A DNA stretch of 64,000 nt from Candidatus Doudnabacteria bacterium RIFCSPHIGHO2_12_FULL_48_16 (GCA_001780035.1 MFEY01000007.1:6212-70211), one strand, 5' to 3'. Positions 28,173 to 38,258 are shown, counted from the first letter of the stretch. Notes: generated by a model not told the origin, from the sequence alone. Numbers and translations are program-made.

Positions 28173-29078
28173 CTATTCATGTTCGCTCCTAATCTTCCCT
28201 CCCAGGGTTCTTAATTCTTTTAAGGCAATATGGGCTTGCTCATTTTTCGGCGGCGCGCCGGACGGCTCGATTGTGCCTGGCGGGTTGCCATGCCACTCGT
28301 AGCGATATTCCATAAAATCCACGCCCTTGCCCGGAATGGTGTGGCAAATGATGACCGTGGGCTTTTCGTAGATGGCCTTGGCCTGATTGCAGGCGTCGAT
28401 AATCTCGCGCATGTTGTGCCCGTCGATTTCCAAAACATGCCAGCCAAACGCTTCCCATTTGGCCGCAAGAGGCTCGAGCGGCATAATGTCTTCCGTGTAG
28501 CCGTCAATCTGGATGTTGTTCCGGTCAATTAACGCGGTTAAATTCCGAAGTTTGTTTTTGGCCGCAAACATCGCGGCTTCCCAAGTCTGGCCTTCTTCCT
28601 GCTCACCGTCGGACATGACGCAATACACGCGCCATGGCTCTTGTTTTCCGCCAGAGGCGGATCCGCCTTTGGCGGACATTCTCAGCCCGACATAAGCCAT
28701 ACCGGCGGCCTGCGACAATCCCTGGCCCAAAGGCCCGGAAGAATTCTCGGCGCCCGGCAATTCCTCGCCGTGCGGATGGCCCTGCAGCCGGCTTCCCAGT
28801 TTGCGCAGCGTGGCCAATTCCGCATGGGGAAAAAATCCGGCATGAGCCAAAGTCGCATACCAGACCGGACAAATGTGCCCGCAGGACAGAACAAACCGGT
28901 CGCGATCGGCCGCCGCCGGATTCTTACCGTCGACATTCATGACCGCGAAATAAAGCGCCGTGAACACATCCGCCATGCCCAAAGGGCCGGCTGAGTGCCC
29001 GGACTTGGCATGCACCAGCATCTTAATAATATCCTGACGGATTTCGTTGGCTTTTTGTTCCAGTTGCTGAATGGTCAT
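28173..29078 (-). CDS. Transketolase, N-terminal TPP-binding subunit
   Basis: SGH, DRFVLSCGH, LQGHP, SDGE..EG..WEA; start placed at MTIQQ. Confidence 0.94.
   Translation of the reverse strand: MTIQQLEQKANEIRQDIIKMLVHAKSGHSAGPLGMADVFTALYFAVMNVDGKNPAAADRDRFVLSCGHICPVWYATLAHAGFFPHAELATLRKLGSRLQGHPHGEELPGAENSSGPLGQGLSQAAGMAYVGLRMSAKGGSASGGKQEPWRVYCVMSDGEQEEGQTWEAAMFAAKNKLRNLTALIDRNNIQIDGYTEDIMPLEPLAAKWEAFGWHVLEIDGHNMREIIDACNQAKAIYEKPTVIICHTIPGKGVDFMEYRYEWHGNPPGTIEPSGAPPKNEQAHIALKELRTLGGKIRSEHE
28647..28676. repeat. 30-bp double-hairpin element in frame in transketolase
   Basis: TCCGCC-aga-GGCGGA TCCGCC-ttt-GGCGGA; encodes SAKGGSASGG. Confidence 0.9.
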
Positions 29079-29083
29079 AATTT

Positions 29084-29293
29084 TTATAGTGGCAACGGAC
29101 AGCTTTGATTGAGGCAATTTTGCTTCTGAACCCTTTGCTCGGCTTTCCATTTCAAATAATCGTTCATCGTTTTTCTGGAAGTATAATTATTTGGCCAATA
29201 TCCTTCCGTAACCTTAACAATCGGGATTTGGAACCAACCATACAAGCCCACGGCCGTCAGAATCAATATCGTGCTAATAACTTTATTAGTCAT
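29084..29293 (-). CDS. Small membrane-anchored protein
   Basis: N-terminal TM, C-terminal Cys pair. Confidence 0.55.
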   Translation of the reverse strand: MTNKVISTILILTAVGLYGWFQIPIVKVTEGYWPNNYTSRKTMNDYLKWKAEQRVQKQNCLNQSCPLPL

Positions 29294-29309
29294 ATTTATG
29301 TTTCTCGAC

Positions 29310-29439
29310 GTCTTTGCGAGGAACCGCTTTATTATTTTAGGTTTAACCTTGGCGGCGACGAAGCAATCTCTTTTAAGCGGCGAGATTGCTTCGCGGCGGC
29401 TTAAACTAATTCTTAATAAGTTCCGCCGCTCGCAAAGAC
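29310..29439. repeat. Repeat family B copy
   Basis: Same ends and core as other copies. Confidence 0.85.
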
Positions 29440-29452
29440 AAAAGCTTTTTAC

Positions 29453-30109
29453 TTATGTTTCAATGTCTGCTTTCAAAGATTCGATTGCCATTTCTTCATC
29501 TTCGGAACGCGTAATTGCGGAGCCAGCGACCAAAATATCGGCTCCGGCTTTGGCCAGCTGCCGGGCAATTCCCACTTTCACGCCCCCATCTACACAAATT
29601 ATGACACTTTTGGATAGCTGCCGCAATTCTTTGACTTTTTCAATAATGGCGACCTGAAACGGCCGGCCCTGGAACCCGGGGTGAATGCCCATGAGCTGAA
29701 TCAGCGGCACCTGATCGAGAAATTTGGCGGCGGAATAAAGCGGCGTTTCGGGATTGAGCACCAGGCCGGGCTTTAAGCCCAAGGCCGCGGCCGCGGCGAT
29801 CGTGGCCGCAAACTCCTGATCGTTTGTCATGGCTTCGTAGTGAAACAAAACCCATTCGAACCCGGCGGCTTTGGCGGCGGCAAAATATTTTTGGGGGTCA
29901 ATGGTCATAAAATGCGCAACGAGCGTAAACGGCGAAGATTTAAGAAAACCCAGGTCCGCCGGCAGAACGGTCAGGTTGTGTATAAATTTATCATCAATGA
30001 AATCAACGTGGAGTTTTTTAAAATAGTGGCCTAAAGCAAAAAGTTCCGCGTATTTTTTGCGGAAGTCCGAAACATCATTGGTTAGTATCGCTGGTGAAAT
30101 CTCCGTCAT
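29453..30109 (-). CDS. rpe: Ribulose-phosphate 3-epimerase
   Basis: SPAIL, HVD, LNPETP, PGFQG, VDGG, AGSAI. Confidence 0.93.
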   Translation of the reverse strand: MTEISPAILTNDVSDFRKKYAELFALGHYFKKLHVDFIDDKFIHNLTVLPADLGFLKSSPFTLVAHFMTIDPQKYFAAAKAAGFEWVLFHYEAMTNDQEFAATIAAAAALGLKPGLVLNPETPLYSAAKFLDQVPLIQLMGIHPGFQGRPFQVAIIEKVKELRQLSKSVIICVDGGVKVGIARQLAKAGADILVAGSAITRSEDEEMAIESLKADIET

Positions 30110-30150
30110 GGCATTACTACGATACATGGAAGTATCATAGTAGTAAATCC

Positions 30151-30627
30151 TTATTTAGAAGAATTACGTTTAATTCTGTTCCTTATAGACTTTTGTATGG
30201 CCCGAGCGCCGACAGAGACAGCGTCAAACAATACCGTTTCTCCTGTCAGTTTTGGTCGAGTTCGTCTTTCAAGATAATCTTATTTTTTTATGATTTTACG
30301 CTGTCTGCTGCGATCCAATCTGTTTAATTTATCATGAGCCTTTCTATAGCCATTGCCTTTTTGGGCCAAAATATTGCTAACTTGGGCAATCGTGCCCTGA
30401 GTTACATGGAGTTCTTCAGAGATCTGATCGTATTTTTGTGCTTCAAGAAGACGTCGTGCGATTTCCAAACGTTTTGCAAACATTTTGTATTCTGTATGCG
30501 TAAACATGTCTTTAAAAAGTAACTGGATATCATCCTTACTGTCCATCAAAGCAAAAGCTGCCCCTAGGTTATTCACGTATAAACCGAAGTCTTTTGGATC
30601 AAGCCCTAATTTAGATAATTTCGCCAT
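30151..30627 (-). pseudogene. TrpR-like (YerC/YecD) regulator with internal TAA at 30280-30282
   Basis: TEYKMFAKRLEIARRL..Y..I..ELHVT.GTI..VS; frame stays open 42 codons beyond the stop. Confidence 0.65.
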
Positions 30628-30678
30628 TTTTATTTATTAGCACTACGATACATGGAACTATTAGAGTATTTAAACTGA

Positions 30679-31128
30679 TTAAAGATTGATATCAATCTTC
30701 TTAACTTTGTTGACGCGGCGGACGAATCGTTCCTGCGGATCAAACGGCGTGGTCAGAAAAGTGTGGACAATTTTTTTGGCTTCGGGAATGCTCGTGTAGT
30801 CGGCGGCCAGACACAAAATATTCGCGTCATCGTCATTTCTTGCCGCATGAGCGGTTTTGTCATTCCAGGCCAGGGCCGCCCGGGCGCCTTTGGCTTTGTT
30901 GGCCACGATCGATTCACCTTGCCCCGAACGGCAGATCAGCACGCCCATGGAGCCTTGCATGCTGCCCACTTTCACCGCCACCGGCCAGGAAAAATCCGGA
31001 TAATCATCATCGGGTGTATATGTATGAGCGCCGAGATCTTGAAATTCGAAGTGCCACTCCGCGAGCCAAGTTTTAATTTCTTCTTTCAATTTATAACCAC
31101 CATGGTCAGCCCCTAAATATACTTTCAT
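30679..31128 (-). CDS. rpiB: Ribose-5-phosphate isomerase B
   Basis: GADHGG, DYP, CRSGQG, ANK. Confidence 0.93.
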   Translation of the reverse strand: MKVYLGADHGGYKLKEEIKTWLAEWHFEFQDLGAHTYTPDDDYPDFSWPVAVKVGSMQGSMGVLICRSGQGESIVANKAKGARAALAWNDKTAHAARNDDDANILCLAADYTSIPEAKKIVHTFLTTPFDPQERFVRRVNKVKKIDINL

Positions 31129-31154
31129 TTTTTTCTTTAAGCGAGGGCTGCTAT

Positions 31155-31228
31155 TTTTTGAGGACAACGTCGAGGACTTTCCAATGTCCGAGACTTTAGT
31201 CCGCCTACAGCGGACGTGTCCGAAAAAA
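31155..31228. repeat. Degenerate GGAC/GTCC mirror repeat with a nested TCCGC hairpin
   Basis: gaggacaa...gaggac...gtccga...tgtccg, containing tccgcctacagcgga. Confidence 0.45.
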
Positions 31229-31248
31229 ATAATCTGCCCGAGCGGCCC

Positions 31249-32043
31249 TTACCGATGTATACTTTCACGTTCGAACTCCTTGATTATTTCATAAAAATTA
31301 TCGGCGTTGAGGCTGGCCGCGCCGACCAAAGCGCCGCTGATTTCCGGATAGCGAGCATAGAGGCTGACATTGTCTTTGTTCACGGTGCCGCCATAAAGCA
31401 CTTTGGCCTTTCGGGCCTTAGCTGCCGGCATATGGCGCTCCAATATTTGGTAAATATGCTCGATGACATCCCGCGCATGTTCGCCGCTGGCCGGTTTGGA
31501 ATTTTTCATGGTCGAGATGGCCCAGACCGGTTCATAGGCATAGACAATTTTTTTCAGATCCTCCGCGGCAACATTGTGGATGCATTTAACAAACTGTTTG
31601 GTGACCAGAGTTTTCATTTCGCTCTCAATCGCCCCCTCTTCGCCGCCTAGGCACAAAATCGGAATCAGTTTGTGTTGCAGAGCGGCAATCAATTTGGCAT
31701 TAACTACTGAATCGGTTTCACCCTGATACATCCGCCGCTCCGAATGACCCAAAATCACATACTCAACGCCGAGATCGGCCAGTTCGCCGGCGGAAATTTC
31801 ACCAGTCATGCTGCCCGCTGCCGCAAAGCTTACATCCTGGGCGCCTAATTTTAAATTATGGCGCCGCTTGGCACATTCCGCCAAAAATACAAACGGCGGG
31901 CAAATCACGTTCTCGCAATTTGGCTCGCTGTCCTTCAAATAACGCTCCAGCGATTTGATCAGTTCGACGGCTTGCTCTTGCGTCTCCGGGTTCATTTTCC
32001 AATTACCGACAACCAACTTTTTCAAGTGCAAATTAGTCCTCAA
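31249..32043 (-). CDS. tpiA: Triosephosphate isomerase
   Basis: GNWKMN, GHSERR, AYEPVWAI, YGG. Confidence 0.96.
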   Translation of the reverse strand: MRTNLHLKKLVVGNWKMNPETQEQAVELIKSLERYLKDSEPNCENVICPPFVFLAECAKRRHNLKLGAQDVSFAAAGSMTGEISAGELADLGVEYVILGHSERRMYQGETDSVVNAKLIAALQHKLIPILCLGGEEGAIESEMKTLVTKQFVKCIHNVAAEDLKKIVYAYEPVWAISTMKNSKPASGEHARDVIEHIYQILERHMPAAKARKAKVLYGGTVNKDNVSLYARYPEISGALVGAASLNADNFYEIIKEFERESIHR

Positions 32044-32563
32044 TGGGAATAAGATTAAAAGTCAAAAGAATTTTGTTAATGTCGGATTTGGATCCCCGGA
32101 TAACGTAAATATGCCGGTCCGTTTTGGCTAAGACGACACCCTCCACACGGCCACCGCCCAAATCATTGACGATACCGGTGGCTTTCACGCCGTCAACCAT
32201 GACTGGGCTTTCCGAGATAACGTTCAACGGTTTGCGGATCGTTCGTTCGGCATTCGGTTTATAAACGCTGACTTCGATTCCCTGTCCGCTCTCCGGTGCA
32301 AATATGGCGCTGACCTCATCGGCTTCCACGGCCCAGGAGGCCGGATAGCGCAGCGAAAAACCCAATTTGGGGTTTTCGTAAGTGTGCCAGGAAACAAAGG
32401 TTTGTTCGGCGACCTGGCTGCTCTGAGCTTCGTCGCTGACTTTGATGTATCCGATCAATGCGATAGCCACGAATAATACATAGGCAATGGCCCAAATCAG
32501 CCAGCGGTTATGATGGACTTTAATTTTATGCAAGCGGTAGATTGGGTGTTTTTGTTTGGCCAT
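32033..32563 (-). CDS. Membrane-anchored PsbP-like protein
   Basis: WHTYENPKLGFSLRYPASW; KILLTFNL. Confidence 0.7.
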   Translation of the reverse strand: MAKQKHPIYRLHKIKVHHNRWLIWAIAYVLFVAIALIGYIKVSDEAQSSQVAEQTFVSWHTYENPKLGFSLRYPASWAVEADEVSAIFAPESGQGIEVSVYKPNAERTIRKPLNVISESPVMVDGVKATGIVNDLGGGRVEGVVLAKTDRHIYVIRGSKSDINKILLTFNLIPIED

Positions 32564-32592
32564 AGATTTATTTCTGATTTTTAATTTAAAAT

Positions 32593-32997
32593 TTATAATT
32601 TTTTGTCGAGGTATTGCTGCAGCATTAGCTGGGCCGCGATATTGTCTTTCATGTCTCGTTGCGATTTTTCCGACAGGCCCTGGCTGGCCAGGGTTTTGCC
32701 GGCGGCCACGGAACTAAATCGCTCGTCCAATATTTCAACCGGCTGAACCAGCTGGCTTTTCAACAGGGCGATGAACACCTCAGCGCTCTGGGTGCTGGCC
32801 GTATCCTGTCCGGCCAATCCTTTAGGCAGGCCAATCAACACCTTTTCCACGCCCAGGTCGCTGATTATCTGTTTAATTTCCGCCAGGGCGTTTTTGCTGT
32901 CAATGAATTTTTCGAGCGGAAAAGAAAATTTTCCCTCCGGATCCGACACAGCGCCGCCGATCCGCACTGTCCCCCAATCAAGCGCCAGCATTCTCAT
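32593..32997 (-). CDS. ruvX: YqgF/RuvX pre-16S rRNA processing nuclease
   Basis: LALDWG..RIG.A.SD, DERFSS, D..AA..MLQ. Confidence 0.92.
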   Translation of the reverse strand: MRMLALDWGTVRIGGAVSDPEGKFSFPLEKFIDSKNALAEIKQIISDLGVEKVLIGLPKGLAGQDTASTQSAEVFIALLKSQLVQPVEILDERFSSVAAGKTLASQGLSEKSQRDMKDNIAAQLMLQQYLDKKL

Positions 32998-33003
32998 CGG
33001 ATA

Positions 33004-34239
33004 TTATTTCGTTTCCCCCAAAGTAACCGTGATATCCTTCGTGGTCCCCTTGGTTAAAATTTTCATCTTCACCACATCATCGGGATTGTAATCTTTGATC
33101 ACCTGAGCCAGACTGTGCTCCTGGTTGATTTGAACGCCGTTAAATTCCAAAATAATATCGCCCTCCTTAAGACCGGCCTTTTCCGCAGACGAGCCAGGGG
33201 CCACGGCCGGATTGCCGGCTGTGCCGGGGACGATGAACGCCCCATAATTTACGGCCAGTTTGTTTTCTTCTTTGATCGTATCGTTGATTAAGACATAGCG
33301 CACCCCCAGAAACGGCTTCACGATCCGGCCAAATTTATTGAAACTTTCGAGGTCTTTTTTGAAATCGTTGATTGGAATGGCAAAGCCCACCAGCTGGCCC
33401 TGCCGATCAATGGCTGTATTAATGCCGATCACGCTGCCGCCGATATCGAGCAGCGGCCCGCCGGAATTTCCCGGATTGATGGCAGCATCGGTTTGGATGA
33501 CTCCCTCCAACTGTTCCGAACCGGAACTGACCCCATTGGCCGTGATGGTTCGACCGATGCCGGAGACAACCCCGGTCGTGACCGTGTTGCGATACTGGCC
33601 CAAAGAATTGCCGATCGCGATGACTTTCTGGCCGATCTCGAGTTTCGTCGTGTCGCCGAGGCTCAGCGTCGGCAGGCCGCTGGCCTTAATTTTAACCAAA
33701 GCCAAATCGTTGATCGGGTCGCGCGACAGCACTTCCGCGTCATATTTTTTGCCGTCATTGGTCAATACGGTATAAGTGGCGGCGGTGTCTTCCACCACAT
33801 GCTTGTTGGTCGCGATCAATCCGTCACTCGAAATAATAAAGCCGCTGCCGCCACCGACTTCTTGAATGTTCGGCTGAACGGAGCCAGAATTGTTGCGGTT
33901 GTTATAAAACGGATCGAGGCCGAACGGCCCCAGATCAAACGGCGAAGTTGAGTAACCGGGAATCTTGTTTAAATCCTTGGAAATAATAATCGAGACCACG
34001 GCCGGGCTGGCCCGCTTAACCACGTCGACCACGGCCGACTCTTCCGAAACCTGGATGGTTCTGACTCCGGTTAGCGATTGATTGGCCGGACCTTGGGAGA
34101 GAAAAGTCGAACCAAAGATCGAACCGGCAATGCCGAATAAAAAACTTAGTAAAATTACGAACGTAATCTGCCGGATACTGGATTTGTCCCCGTCCCGCGG
34201 GATGTCCGCAGTCAAGGCTTTATGAGTGTTATCGTCCAT
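33004..34239 (-). CDS. HtrA/DegP-like serine protease with PDZ domain
   Basis: TNKHVV, DAAINPGNSGGPL, PFLGV. Confidence 0.93.
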   Translation of the reverse strand: MDDNTHKALTADIPRDGDKSSIRQITFVILLSFLFGIAGSIFGSTFLSQGPANQSLTGVRTIQVSEESAVVDVVKRASPAVVSIIISKDLNKIPGYSTSPFDLGPFGLDPFYNNRNNSGSVQPNIQEVGGGSGFIISSDGLIATNKHVVEDTAATYTVLTNDGKKYDAEVLSRDPINDLALVKIKASGLPTLSLGDTTKLEIGQKVIAIGNSLGQYRNTVTTGVVSGIGRTITANGVSSGSEQLEGVIQTDAAINPGNSGGPLLDIGGSVIGINTAIDRQGQLVGFAIPINDFKKDLESFNKFGRIVKPFLGVRYVLINDTIKEENKLAVNYGAFIVPGTAGNPAVAPGSSAEKAGLKEGDIILEFNGVQINQEHSLAQVIKDYNPDDVVKMKILTKGTTKDITVTLGETK

Positions 34240-34316
34240 GTTTTAATCTTAATTTCTTTATTTTTTTATCGTTTTGAATCATTCGGCATTACAGTGATGA
34301 GTTTATTATACCATAT

Positions 34317-35078
34317 TTACGCTGTAAGTATGTCGCAACCAGTTGCGGTCACGAGCAGCGTATGTTCCATATGAGCCGAGCGGGAGCCGTCCGCAGTGCG
34401 GATCGTCCACCCGTCCGGATCAAAGGTGATGGCCCAATCCCCGGCGTTGACCATGGGCTCCACTGCAATAACCATGCCTTCAACCAGTTTTGTTCCCACG
34501 CCTTTCTTGCCAAAACCCGGAATTTCCGGTTCCTCGTGGACCGCAGCTCCGACGCCGTGGCCGACCAGATTCCTTACCACCTGAAACCCGTAGCGGGTGG
34601 CGGCCGATTCGGTCGCGAAGCCGACATCGCCCGTGGTTTTTCCCGGAGCAACCTGTTCAATCGCCTTCTTTAGGCATTCAGTGGCAGCTTCAATCAGCTT
34701 CAAGGATTGCTTGTCGACCTGCCCAACCGGAACGGTTATGGCGGCATCGGTAAAAAATCCTTGGTAGTTGACTCCCAAATCCAGGCCGACGATATCGCCG
34801 TTTTTTAAAATTTTATTCTTAGCCGGGATGCCGTGGACAACCTCATCGTTGACCGAAACGCAAAGGGTCGCCGGAAACGGCTTGTCGTCCGGGCTGGATT
34901 TATAATTTTTAAATGCCGGGACCGCCCCCGCCTTGCTGATTTCCTCTTCTGCCAATTGATTCAGCTCATAGGCGGAAACGCCGGGAGCCACCCGGCGAGC
35001 GACAAGCTTTAAAGTCCGGGCCAAAATTTGCCCGCTTTGTCTAAGTAGTTCGATTTGCTTGGGATCGTGCGTAATCAT
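34317..35078 (-). CDS. map: Methionine aminopeptidase
   Basis: VVHGIP, GHGVG...HEEP, EPM, EHT. Confidence 0.96.
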   Translation of the reverse strand: MITHDPKQIELLRQSGQILARTLKLVARRVAPGVSAYELNQLAEEEISKAGAVPAFKNYKSSPDDKPFPATLCVSVNDEVVHGIPAKNKILKNGDIVGLDLGVNYQGFFTDAAITVPVGQVDKQSLKLIEAATECLKKAIEQVAPGKTTGDVGFATESAATRYGFQVVRNLVGHGVGAAVHEEPEIPGFGKKGVGTKLVEGMVIAVEPMVNAGDWAITFDPDGWTIRTADGSRSAHMEHTLLVTATGCDILTA

Positions 35079-35637
35079 TTATTGTTTTTTGAATATCGCG
35101 GGTAACCTTAAATATGTGCTGGTTCCCATTTATAAATTTAAGTTTGCCCAAAGCCTGAAAATATTTTACGGTCTGCCCCACTTGTTTTTTGTGCCAATTA
35201 ATCCGCCGTTCAATCAGGGCCTTCCTTAAATCATCGTGGCGCATCCGATAAAAACTCCGCTTGATAATTTCCTTAACCGGAAGTTTGACGTAAAAAGCCA
35301 AAAAATCCCGACTGTGTTTCTTCAAAAGTTTGACTAAAAACTGGGCTTCGGGTTTAAGTTTGGGGTTGCCGACGAAAACCAGATTCTTCTTTTTCGGGGC
35401 GATTTGAATTTCTTTGGTTAGAAAAATTTTCATGACGGCCACCGGGGCCGGTTTGGCCTGGCCGACCGTGCGCCGCAGGGTTTTTCCGAACGCAGATTTG
35501 TCCCTTATGTGCCGCCGAAAATACTCACCTGATTCCACTCGTTTTAATTCGTAGTGGTTCGCTAACAGACGGGCCTGGGTGTCTTTGCCCGAAGCCGGAG
35601 CGCCCAAAAAAATTAAATCAAATCCAAGCTTTTTCAT
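35041..35637 (-). CDS. Second, divergent basic adenylate kinase-like protein
   Basis: GAPASGKDTQ; GNPK in place of GYPR. Confidence 0.75.
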   Translation of the reverse strand: MKKLGFDLIFLGAPASGKDTQARLLANHYELKRVESGEYFRRHIRDKSAFGKTLRRTVGQAKPAPVAVMKIFLTKEIQIAPKKKNLVFVGNPKLKPEAQFLVKLLKKHSRDFLAFYVKLPVKEIIKRSFYRMRHDDLRKALIERRINWHKKQVGQTVKYFQALGKLKFINGNQHIFKVTRDIQKTINDYARSQANRTT

Positions 35638-35647
35638 AGATTAGGTT

Positions 35648-35748
35648 GTCTTTCGGGACTGCCGCTTAAGCTAAAGGTCCGACCTTTTGCTTAAACTGGC
35701 GCTTTGTATCAAGGTCGGACCTTGAACCAAGCGGTCGCTCGCAAAGAC
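35648..35748. repeat. Partial family B repeat with nested AAGGTCCGACCTT/AAGGTCGGACCTT inverted pair
   Basis: Direct reading. Confidence 0.7.
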
Positions 35749-35749
35749 A

Positions 35750-36328
35750 TTACTTAATTCCCAATTTTTTCAATATCTCCTGGTGCACAGCTTCAATCGG
35801 CTGATCGCCGTTAATGTGGATCAAAAAGCCCTTCTGTTCGTAATAATCCTTAACCGGAGCGGTTTTTAACATGTATTGATCGAATCTTTTTTCAACTACA
35901 GCCGGATCGTCATCCGCGCGGCCGGCAACTGAGCCGCGTTTGAGTATCCGGTCTTTTAATTTTTTCTTATCGACTTCCAAAAATAAAGCTTGAAGATTGC
36001 GAATCTCATACCTTTCCATTATGTTTTCGAGCAGTTGGGCTTGTTCAATCGTTCTGGGGTATCCATCCAAGATGACACCGGGTTTGTCGACCAGAGTTTC
36101 AAATTTTTTGGTAAAAATTTCCGTAATGATATCAATCGGCAAAATAAACCCCTGATCGATAATTGATTTTATCTTATGGCCAAAATCATCTTTATGAGTT
36201 GCATATTCGCGCGACAAGGCTCCGGTGCTGAAATATTCATAACCTGATTTTTTCGCTAAAAGTTCGGTCTGCGTTCCTTTGCCCGAACCGGGCGCGCCCA
36301 TGAAGACAATGATATTTTCGAGTTTCAC
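35750..36328 (-). CDS. adk: Adenylate kinase (short LID), GTG start
   Basis: GAPGSGKGTQ, LDGYPR, GRADD. Confidence 0.92.
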   Translation of the reverse strand: MKLENIIVFMGAPGSGKGTQTELLAKKSGYEYFSTGALSREYATHKDDFGHKIKSIIDQGFILPIDIITEIFTKKFETLVDKPGVILDGYPRTIEQAQLLENIMERYEIRNLQALFLEVDKKKLKDRILKRGSVAGRADDDPAVVEKRFDQYMLKTAPVKDYYEQKGFLIHINGDQPIEAVHQEILKKLGIK

Positions 36329-36429
36329 CCCGTTAGAAATAATGATTAGTTAGTAACTGATTTAATTTATAATCTGTGCAATAAATACTCGTTGATCCTG
36401 TAGAATACTATGTGCAATTTCTAACAGGA
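36328..36429. mobile_element. MITE-like element family A
   Basis: 102 bp, TIRs, TTCA flanks. Confidence 0.8.
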
Positions 36430-36516
36430 TTCATGTAATTATTATAGCCAATTTTAAGCAAAATTTAAAGGGTCAACCGCTGTTGGCCCTTTAAATAATA
36501 CTGATTTAAATCAGTA

Positions 36517-37812
36517 TTAAAAATCCTCGTAGTCCCGCATGACCATTTGGGCCTGAACCTGTTTCATAACTTCGATCACCACCGCCACTACGATCAGAAG
36601 GCTGGTGCCGCCCAGAGCCAGACTCTGCGCACCGGTAAAGTATTGCATGATGTTTGGCAAAACCGCGATCAGGCCCAAAAAGATGGCGCCGACCAAAGTG
36701 ATCCGGTTTAAAACCTTATAGAGGAACTCGGCGGTTTGCCGGCCTGGCCGTAGGCCCGGAATGAATCCGCCTTGCTTCTGGATATTTTCCGAAATTTCAT
36801 CGGGATTGAATACGATGGCGGTATAGAAATAAGTAAAAGCCACAACCAAGATAAAGTAAATGATCCCCTGGTAAGTCTGGTTTTGGAAAAAAGTGTTTAG
36901 AGCCGTTGCAGCGTGAGCCAGCCAAACGGTTTTGGCGCTGGAAAAAAAGTTCGCGATCAAGCCCGGGAACAACAGGATGGAAATGGCAAAAATGATCGGA
37001 ATGACGCCGGCCTGGTTGACGCGCAGCGGCAGATGGGTGTTGACCCCGCCATACATTTTGTTGCCGCGAATCCGCTTGGCATACGACACCGGGATATTGC
37101 GCTGGGCTTCGGTAATCATAACCACTCCGGCAATAACCACCAATGCCAACGCCAGATACGACAATCCGGTGACCAAAGATTGCGGGCTGATTCCGCCCGA
37201 GGTGTTCAAGCTCAAGAATGATTGCTGGGCCACAACTGGAATGCGGGCAACGATCCCGGCAAAGATAATTAAGGAGATGCCGTTGCCAATTTTGAATTCC
37301 GAAATCATTTCGCCCAGCCAGAGCAACACCATGGTACCGGCCGTAACCGACAATAAGGTAATAAACCACTGAAACGGGCTGAAGTTCGAGGCAATGTTGG
37401 AACCGGCCTGCCGCGACAACAGCATAATCGTGCCGTAAGCCTGGATTGCAGCCAGCGGCACAGTCAAATATCGCATATATTGGTTGATTTTGGCCCGGCC
37501 CGCTTCGCCGCCTTCCTTGGACAGTTCCCCGAGCTTGGGGATGATCACGGTCAGCAACTGGATGATAATCGAAGCCGTGATGTAAGGCCCAACGCCGAGC
37601 ATAGCCACGGAAAAAGTGCTCAAGCCGCCGCCGGAAAAGATATCGAACAAGCCCAACAGCTGGTTGCTGTTGATCAATTGTCTCAAATCAGTGATGCCTA
37701 TTCCCGGAATCGGGATATGGGACAGGATTCTGGTGGCCACCAACAAACCCGCCACAATCAGAATTCGATTGCGAAGTTCTTTGACCTTCCAGATTTGAGA
37801 AATTCTCGACAT
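36517..37812 (-). CDS. secY: Preprotein translocase SecY
   Basis: GVGPYITASII, GNGISL, IPGLRPG, GGTSLLI. Confidence 0.97.
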   Translation of the reverse strand: MSRISQIWKVKELRNRILIVAGLLVATRILSHIPIPGIGITDLRQLINSNQLLGLFDIFSGGGLSTFSVAMLGVGPYITASIIIQLLTVIIPKLGELSKEGGEAGRAKINQYMRYLTVPLAAIQAYGTIMLLSRQAGSNIASNFSPFQWFITLLSVTAGTMVLLWLGEMISEFKIGNGISLIIFAGIVARIPVVAQQSFLSLNTSGGISPQSLVTGLSYLALALVVIAGVVMITEAQRNIPVSYAKRIRGNKMYGGVNTHLPLRVNQAGVIPIIFAISILLFPGLIANFFSSAKTVWLAHAATALNTFFQNQTYQGIIYFILVVAFTYFYTAIVFNPDEISENIQKQGGFIPGLRPGRQTAEFLYKVLNRITLVGAIFLGLIAVLPNIMQYFTGAQSLALGGTSLLIVVAVVIEVMKQVQAQMVMRDYEDF

Positions 37813-37816
37813 GATT

Positions 37817-38257
37817 TTAGCTGATCTTGCCGCCGGCCTTTTCGATTTTATCCTTCGCCGCGGCGGACACTAATACTTTTTCAAATGACAGGGACTTTTT
37901 AAGTTCGCCCTGATTGAGGATTTTGATCTTACCGTTGGCATCTTTAACCAAGCCCTTGTTGAACAAGGTTTTAGGATTAACCATTTCGCCGGCCTGAAAT
38001 TTCTGTTCCAGCAAATCCAGACTGATCGGTATGGCTTTGGGAATTCGGCTGGTAAAGCCGCGGCGCTTGGGAATCTGCCGGTGCAACGGCATGCGGCCGC
38101 CTTCAAAACCGACCGGAATTGAGGCGCCCGAACGGGCCAGCTGGCCCTTGGCGCCGCGGCCCGAAAAGGTGCCGTGGCCGGAGCCAACACCACGTCCGAC
38201 AGTTTTGCGGCGCTTGGTTGATCCCTTGTATGGCCTGAGTTCAGAGAGTTTCAGCAT
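37817..38257 (-). CDS. rplO: 50S ribosomal protein uL15
   Basis: GRG.GSG.G, FEGG.MPL. Confidence 0.96.
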   Translation of the reverse strand: MLKLSELRPYKGSTKRRKTVGRGVGSGHGTFSGRGAKGQLARSGASIPVGFEGGRMPLHRQIPKRRGFTSRIPKAIPISLDLLEQKFQAGEMVNPKTLFNKGLVKDANGKIKILNQGELKKSLSFEKVLVSAAAKDKIEKAGGKIS

Positions 38258-38258
38258 A

